DNA of 61,522 bases, the filler included. It is 7 parts of 7 records of this genome, joined end to end, with 100 filler letters (N's around TTAATTAATTAA, not from the genome) between each part and the next. Parts side by side here need not be neighbours in the genome. Positions count along the whole stretch, not along the records: positions 42,782 to 55,471 come from DRR378314_2351; positions 55,572 to 61,522 come from DRR378314_2389; 5 more parts are not named here. One strand, given 5' to 3'. Under the pieces are notes generated by a model. The model was not told the origin of the DNA. It did not search any database and worked only from the letters and a program-made list of their open reading frames with translations. The stretch's first letter is position 1; every line of letters begins with the position of its first letter. Below, piece after piece: positions 54,584 to 61,522 of this stretch. Both the position numbers and the translations under genes were made by a program.

Positions 54584-54619
54584 AACAACAGTGCCGCCCA
54601 AAAGGGCGGCACTGTTGTT
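54584..54619 (+). terminator. Probable terminator
   Basis: AACAACAGTGCCGCCC-AAAA-GGGCGGCACTGTTGTT. Confidence 0.8.
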
Positions 54620-55025
54620 AGTGTGTGTCAAGCGCAGTTGATACTGTGCTAGTTGAGTCGTTATCAGTAGCTAGCTAAGCATGCATATAGAATAATTATT
54701 CTTTTAAGCATTGTCGTTAGCAGTAGAAGTTTGTTTAGAGTTACTTGCAAGTGTATTTAGGTAATGTACTTAGAAGTGAAGTATAGGGTGGATGAGTCGA
54801 TGGTTAACAATTGATACATGGGTTTCTTGGGTGATTTTTACAATTTAAGATTAATTAGTAATCGACTTGATGCGCTGATTAGCTGCCAATTTGGATGCTT
54901 TGCGAGCGGTCTATCGCTTCAGTTTGGCTTATTGTCAGCTCGGCTAAGAGGTTTGCAGTCTTCTTGAGTTTAGACTCCACCAGTGGTTGGTTATTTAAAA
55001 GAACTGATAAGACATGGAGGTTAGT

Positions 55026-55216
55026 ATGATTAATCGTGATTTTCAGAACCACCTAAAGGCGGCTCGTCAGCGCGGTCAGTATATCTTATTGTGGCGCTGA
55101 TCGCGTTGTCAGCCATTGCGGCTTTCACTTACTTTGGTGACACCATTCGTGGGCAAGTGGCGCAGATGGCATCCCCACTGCAGACGGCGAACAGATTGCC
55201 CACTCTGCCCCTGTGA
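55026..55216 (+). pseudogene. Flp/type IVb pilin, frameshifted
   Basis: GGAGG RBS; MINRDF...RQRGQ YI/(frameshift)/IVALIALSAIAAFTYFGDTIRGQVAQMA; the xxxE residues of the prepilin motif are missing. Confidence 0.65.
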
Positions 55217-55471
55217 TATGTCGCCATATGAAAGGCACGGGATATACGGGTTATTTCCTTTCAACCCACCGGCCCAGCCGGGGCCAGAGCGGCCATGGGA
55301 GCTGGAAGACAGTGCCGCCACCCTACACAATGAAGCCTTTATGGAACATCTCGAATTATGGGGCGACAAATGACGTTATTAAAAGCAGGCATACTGATGA
55401 TGGCGCTCTCGATAACCATGGGCTGTTCGGCGCTGAAGGCAAACAGTTTAACTAGCGCTGTTGAGAGCGGG

Positions 55472-55571
55472 NNNNNNNNNNNNNNNNNNNNNNNNNNNNN
55501 NNNNNNNNNNNNNNNTTAATTAATTAANNNNNNNNNNNNNNNNNNNNNNNNNNNNNNNNNNNNNNNNNNNN
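55472..55571. other. Artificial contig linker
   Basis: N44-TTAATTAATTAA-N44. Confidence 0.99.
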
Positions 55572-55908
55572 ATGGTGGTCATGTGTTGTAAGCGGATGTT
55601 GCGGGAAACGATGCTGGAAGGAGTTGCGGGCGAGAGTGGCGCGCCGTGTAGCGCTCGCGCCTTGTGCTCCCGCGCGGTCTCGTGTTGTGAAGTACGATGT
55701 TCAGGATGAATGCGCATACTCGTTATTCCAGTCAACCCCTCCCCCCTCTCGCGTATTCAGAGTGAGCGCGCGATGATACGAACGCGGCGGATCGGTGTGC
55801 AAAGCGCGACCCTTCTCGCTACCGTGTGCACACGGTGCCTTGTCGCCCTCGGAGCCCTGCGCCTCCGCCCCGGTTCCCCCCGCTCTGCGCCCGCGCCCGC
55901 GCCCGTAC

Positions 55909-58900
55909 CTTGGCAAGCACGTAGCGGTGCAGCAGCGCCAGGTTCCTGAGGAGTGTCGGTGGAGCGGAGATCCCGGCGGCGCGTAGGTCCATACACGTGC
56001 GCACGAGGATCGCGTGCGCATCGCGGTACCGGCCGGCGCTCTGCTCGTCCTGCCCGACCTCGCCGGCGATGTTCGCCGCGGCGCCGTAGTCCTCGATCGC
56101 GACGAAGAACCGGAAACGGTGCCGCGCCGCCTTGCACTTCCCATCGGTCTCGCCCGCGAGGTACTGGTGCAGTGATGCGGTAAGTACCTCGGATCGTGCG
56201 TCGAGCATCGTGTCGATGGCCTCGTGCACGCGCGCGTCCTCGTCCTCGTTGCCGCCGCCGTCGAGGAGCAGTCGCAGCGCGTGCTGGAAGCGGCGCGCGC
56301 GGCGGTAGAAGCGCGCGCCGCGCACGCGATCGCCCGAGTCCTCGAAGTACTCCGCCATGCGCAGGTTCACGCTGTCGGGGACATCGCCCTCGAGGCACGA
56401 TGCGAGCTTCTCCAGCTTCCCGTTGGCAAGCGCAACCTGGAACGCGCGCTCGTGTTCGCGCGCCTGCACGAAAAACTCGACCGCCGTGTCGAAGTCGCTG
56501 ATCTTGACGCTGTGCGCCGCCACGAGCAGCGACACCTCGGCGGAGCGCGTTGTGCGCGCGAGGGCAAAGGCGCGCGCGGGGTCGCGCAGATCGCCCAGGC
56601 ACAACCGGACCACCGACGGGACATCACCGGCGAGCTCGTACGAAGCCGCAGCATCGTGCAGTGCGCCTTCCTTCTCACATAGTTCAGCGAAGACGGCGTG
56701 CACGCGCGGACTGCGTGTACGGTGCATGAGAGCGCGTGCGCGTTTGCGCTGCTGCGCGGCGACGAAGAGCGACGCGGCGTCGTCGATGTAGCCGGCTCGC
56801 TCGTACTCGGCCGCCGCTTCCAGGAGGTGGTTCCCCTCGTGCAAGATACGCGCTGCATCGAGGTGCACATCTCTCGCATCGATCTCCTGTACGAGCTGTA
56901 GACCGCGTGCGACATCGCCGGTGCGGAGGCACGTTCGCGCGAGTCCGCGTTGCGCTTCGGCGCGGTGCGAAGCGGAGAGGCCCTCGGCGTGCGCGAGCGC
57001 GGCCTCCACCATGGCGAGCGACTGCTTGAAATCGCCGCGGAACTCCAGGTACTTGCTGTAGAGGAGCGCAATCTCGGGAACGCGGGATTTCTCCAGGGTC
57101 CCTGCGAGTTGTAGTGCCTCTTCGAAATTGAGCAGATCGATGTGCATGTCCATCGCTCGCTGCGGCGCGGGACTCATCATGAAGCACTCTTGCGCAGCGA
57201 CCACATTTCCGCGCAGCGCCTCCACGTGCGCGCGCAGCAAGTTGCGGTGCTCCACGGATTCCAATTCTTCCAAGTGCAGCACGAGCGCGGGTTCCTTCGC
57301 TGCGCGGTAGGCAGCGATCGCCGTCTTGACATCGAGCGCATCGAGAGCGAGTTCGCCGAGGCGACGCCAGAGCGCGGGCTGGTTTGCGCGCGCGGCAATC
57401 CGCAGCGCCTCGCCGGTTCGCCCCGCGCTCATGCGCTCCTCGGCGAGGCGCGTTGCGGTCGCAGCGCCGGCGAGCGATGGCCCAGGTGCGGTATTGAGGG
57501 TGTCTGTGTCGTCCTCGGTACCGCCCACGGCGGGGATGCGGTGGATTTCCGCGGCTTCGTCGATCGCGAGCACGTGCCCAGCGTAGAGGCCAAACGCGGT
57601 CAGCCCCGCAGCCAGCTGTCGTGCTGCCGCTGAGAGCACCGACACCTCACCTGCACGCTGCTGAATCGCGTGCAGCACCACGGACTGTTCGTTGGAAAGT
57701 GCAAACGACCGAAAGTCAGCAGTATCCCAGAACAGGGTGTTGGTGGCGGAGCGCGGGTTTGCGGCGAGTCGCTGTGCGCTGCCTTGCACGGGGCGCAGGG
57801 CAAACGCCTCGCCCTGCGCGTCGCTGAAGCACAGGCACGTGCCGAGCCGGTTGGATCGTATCGAGATCACCATCGCCGTGTGTGCAAACTCAAACACTGT
57901 GGTGCCGTCTTCGTGGTTGATGAAGAGAATCTTTCCCGATGCGCATCCGACCAGGAACAGGCGGCTCGTGAGCGCGATGCTGGAGGCGCTGTCTCCCGCG
58001 CTCGCCCCGTTGGCGGGGACCGCGACGCCCGTGCCGAGTGAGCGACCGCTGGCCGATCGCTTTCCAATGGAATGAACCGACGCCGTCCCGGACAGCAAAA
58101 CTCCAACGTAGTTTTTTGAAATACAGATGTCGTGTACGGTCTCCATGAACGAGTACTGTAAAGGTGGATGCGAGGTGGCAGCATGCTCCCTGCGCTTCCC
58201 CGCGCTCGTTCCCTCCGCAGAAGCAGCGCCGAGGTCCACATCCAGGATCGCAATACTGTTGTTCCGCGCGACCGCGAGCATGCTGGCGCACACAGCGATC
58301 TTCTTTGGCTGAAATGGGACAGGTAGAGACACTTTCGCGTCTTTCTTCGTTAGGCTCTGCACTTCCACTTCACGCAAGGATACAAGGCGCGCCATTACAG
58401 ACGTGCCCGCCGCGGCGAGGATCGGCGGCCGCATGAGGTACCCGCGCACCGCGCCCGAGGACGTGAGCACGCCGAGCACCGCTCCGTCGGGGGACCACCG
58501 CACATCCTCCGCAACGCACTGTTCCTCCACAAGATCAATGCGCTGCGACATGTGCGAGGTGCGCGCCAAGTCGATGAAGCGGAGGCTCTGCCCGCATCCA
58601 ACCGCTGCAGTGCCCGAGGAGAGGCAGATGTCCGCGGTATGGATGTCACTGGAGAACGCGGTGATCTTGGCGAGGTCCGCTCCGACTGTTTTCTTACTGG
58701 TGGAAATCACGCGCACGGTGCCAGAGCGGAAAAAGATGCACAGGTTTCCATTTCGTATCACGTCAAAGTTCATGATCCGTCCTTGACTGGAGGAGAACTC
58801 GAGTTCGTACGGATTGGTTGTATTGTCGAGCCTCAGGATGAATATGTCGACGTTTCCCGACTGAACCAGCAGCGCCTCCTCGCCGAGGATGCTATCCGGA

Positions 58901-61275
58901 GCACCAGCGCCAGCTGTGGTGTATTTCATGGCTTGGATCGAATGCTTTACCGCAGAAGTATGGAGTGTCTCTCCATTCACATTGCTGAAGGAGATGGTCT
59001 TGTCAGCTGCGCACAGCGCCAGAATGTTGCTTGTTCCAACGGCGCTAAAGGTGATACCGCGGGAATGCTTCCCCATGATGAACTGCCGTCGCATCGTCGT
59101 GCGGTTGAACAGTATGAGGTTTCCCTTTGTTGTTCCCACGACGAGCTGCACCGGAAAGTCAAATTGGTGCACAGAATAACGACGCATTTGCGCGTAAGCG
59201 ACGTGAGAGAGCAGTAAGGACTGATGCAGCTGGTGGCAAAGTGGAGCGGTGTGGCGCCGCGCCGTAGCTGCGGACGAAGCGCACTGTACTTCCCAGCGGT
59301 GCGGTCGTGCTTACCGTAGCAACTCACCACTTCTCCGTGTAGCGACCATGACACGCACGCGAGATCGCTAGCATTGCTTGTGACAGCTACAGATTTCCCT
59401 GTTGATAGCTCCCAGATATGCGCGCTTGTTCCCTCCGAGGTAAAGTACGCAATACATTCGCCTTTCGGGTCCCAAAGAATCTCGGCAATTGTCCTGCAGC
59501 AGAGTGCGCGCGGGATGCACGGAACTAATGATCATCAGCTGTGGGCGAGAGACAAGTACATTCTTCCGTTAAGTTATGATCACAGGTATAATAGTGCGCA
59601 TTCTGCAAACATCATGGCGTGACGAGGTGACGGGACAGTCTCTTGGGCGAATGCAGGTGCGCAATGGGTATTGCTGCACGTGACTGCGGGGTGCGACGGC
59701 AGCGCGACGGCGCGCTAGTTCACGTATGGATGCGCGCCACCGCGCCGCGTCTACGCTTACAGTGCCCATGTAGACCATAGAAACGACAGAATACACATTA
59801 GGTATATGTGAGGCGCGGGAGAAGCAGACACGTAGCGCGGCATCTGCGCGCTTCACTGGGCGAGTGAGGCGTCGCCGCGGTGCCACACGGAGTGAGAAGA
59901 CGATCAGGGCATCCAAGGCGCCACCAAGTGAACGAGGATGCGCCCTCGCCACTCTGCGAGAGGTGCAGAGATAACGAAGACGGTGAACATATGCATGCTG
60001 ATGAAATAGTGTTTTCGTTCGCTGGCAAGGGAGAGCTTGGGAAGGAGCAGCATTGGAAGTGCTTGGAATTGGGTCTCGGCAACGCTCACAACAAGGGCGA
60101 GGAGCGAGCCTGCGGCAAACGGCTGTGCAGTACAAGGCCGAAGTATTCCTTGCCATAGGCACTACGGTATCCACTACTGAAAAAGACAGTACGTTACTCT
60201 TTCCTGCTTGCTTGTAATTCCTTTCTGTCGACGTTGTTCACGTGGCAAAGCTCTGTCATTGTGTCGTGGTCGAGTGCCGGATGGACGAGCACCGCGCGGG
60301 CGCACGTCGAAAGCTCTGTCGCCCCGAGCGCTCTCCCAGGGCGTGTCCGAGCGCGGGCTCGCGCACAATGCCTGGCTCCCTTACCCTCCATCTTCGATTG
60401 CCCTTTCGTAATTTACGTTCCCATATAGATCCACTACGCGTATATTGCGATTGGCTCCGCACGTCGCAATGCACGTCCCTCGCGGGTGCCACGCGAATAT
60501 TCCTTGGCTCCGGTGCGCAAAGAACTTGGATGACAAGCTCACTTCCTCGATCGCGTCCGTCACAATGTCCGTCGGCGCTTCAGAGCCATTCCTGACCTCG
60601 AAAAGGACGGGCTGGAGTGAAAATTTCGTTGCAATATTGGAACAGTGTGTCAAGATACAGAAGGTTGCCGGAGTGATCTGCGCCAGCGTTTCATTTGTCT
60701 GCGTGGGTTTGCGTGTTCCTGCGGCCAGAGCGCGCGCCTTGCGGTCCTGTCCCATGGCATGAACCCAGATTTCTCCCTTGCCCAAGAAAGAGTAGCTCTC
60801 TTCCGCAAAGCAGTACGATGGTACCTCATTCTTTATGCTTATGCTTACAAAAATACTGCATGAAAAATAGTACGGCATATTCGCATTTTGAGACACAATC
60901 CCTTTTCGTGTGTGTTTCTGGGGCGGTTTTTACGAGAATGTATGCTGGGTCGGATATCATCGACCGTGCTTTTCCGACCGCGTGGCAACTCTCACGCGCG
61001 TGCGCCAAGCGACTCGTATTGGCCAGCGCTGGGGCTTACATTCCCGCGAAAGATAAGCAGTCTATCATAATATCACCAACGCGATCCATTCTACTCGTGG
61101 GCTACATCCCTTTTCCACCGAGGGTGCAGCACATCGGGCGGTGCACGTGGCGCGGACCTCGTGGTTCTTGCTTCTTCGCGCGTCCGCAGCTGGCGGGCCG
61201 TGTCCCGCCCAAAGCACCGTGCTCCGCAGAAGAGCACTGACTCCTGACGCGATATGGGCTTCTGGAACGTACCAT
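55909..61275 (-). CDS. IFT144: Eukaryotic intraflagellar transport protein 144 (WDR19), spliced, 3' part off-contig. Exons: 61275-61273 (ATG, tentative), 60611-60385, 59493-59328, 59145-55909
   Basis: Spliced product ...FAWHPRG...ILWDPKGE...WS...LVVGTTKGNL...GKH...GETDG...LALLHRYVLAK is collinear with WDR19; all junctions are GT-AG and phase-compatible. Confidence 0.85.
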
Positions 61276-61522
61276 TTGTACAGCGCCTTGAAGGAGCAGA
61301 GCGCTCTGATGAAAAGGTACCGGGAAAAGAGAGAGAGAGAGATGTGTCCCTGTGATTCGCACGCGCGTACGAAAGCGCCGCGCGCTCGCGTTCTCGCGCG
61401 CGGGCGGCGCGCCAGCCGGCGAGGGGCCGACTCGCGCGCGCCTCCTCCGCGCTGGGGCGAGACACCGAGCCACCCGTGCAAACGCGGACGCGCTGCCTGC
61501 GAACTTCGCTGCCTTTCTGCTC

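Noticed and set aside
55819-60896. The 1122-aa and 171-aa ORFs as complete proteins, and the many Arg/Ala-rich overlapping ORFs
   Set aside because: Their termini are intron read-through (splice sites at 55908, 59146, 60384, 60612); the other ORFs are GC-rich frame artefacts.
55572-61522. Eukaryote-to-bacterium horizontal transfer of IFT144
   Set aside because: It is a separate contig with spliceosomal introns and no bacterial genes.

Overview
This is not one genomic locus. It is seven unrelated contigs joined by six 100-bp artificial N/TTAATTAATTAA linkers; taxonomic labels below are inferred from gene content and composition. (1) 1-9671, Halomonas-like: methylcitrate operon (acnD, prpC, prpB, GntR-type regulator), pabB, cysH, cysB, trxA. 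(2) 9772-19278, Roseobacter-like: thrS, a bufferin-type RiPP operon (DUF2282-DUF692-DUF2063-DoxX), cspA, thyX and housekeeping genes. (3) 19379-25948, alphaproteobacterial copper module: P1B-ATPase, copB, copA, CsoR. (4) 26049-35875, AT-rich Alteromonadales-like accessory island. (5) 35976-42681, Halomonas-like: SapC, surface glycan genes, flgO. (6) 42782-55471, Halomonas-like: dxs-ispA-xseB, serA, trhO, an MscS channel and a broken Flp pilin. (7) 55572-61522, a eukaryotic intron-containing IFT144/WDR19 gene. The best novelty candidate is contig 4, and none of its key elements appear in the ORF track. It has three successive 3' segments of endonuclease III (nth), two starting at the same junction, which bound cargo modules. 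It also has a decayed small tyrosine recombinase. Arrays of ~30-bp imperfect palindromes with a 45-47-bp period sit at the module boundaries, with one unit split by the nth junction. Similar-looking arrays flank the copper module in contig 3. Together this suggests an nth-targeted, repeat-array-bounded gene-accretion system.
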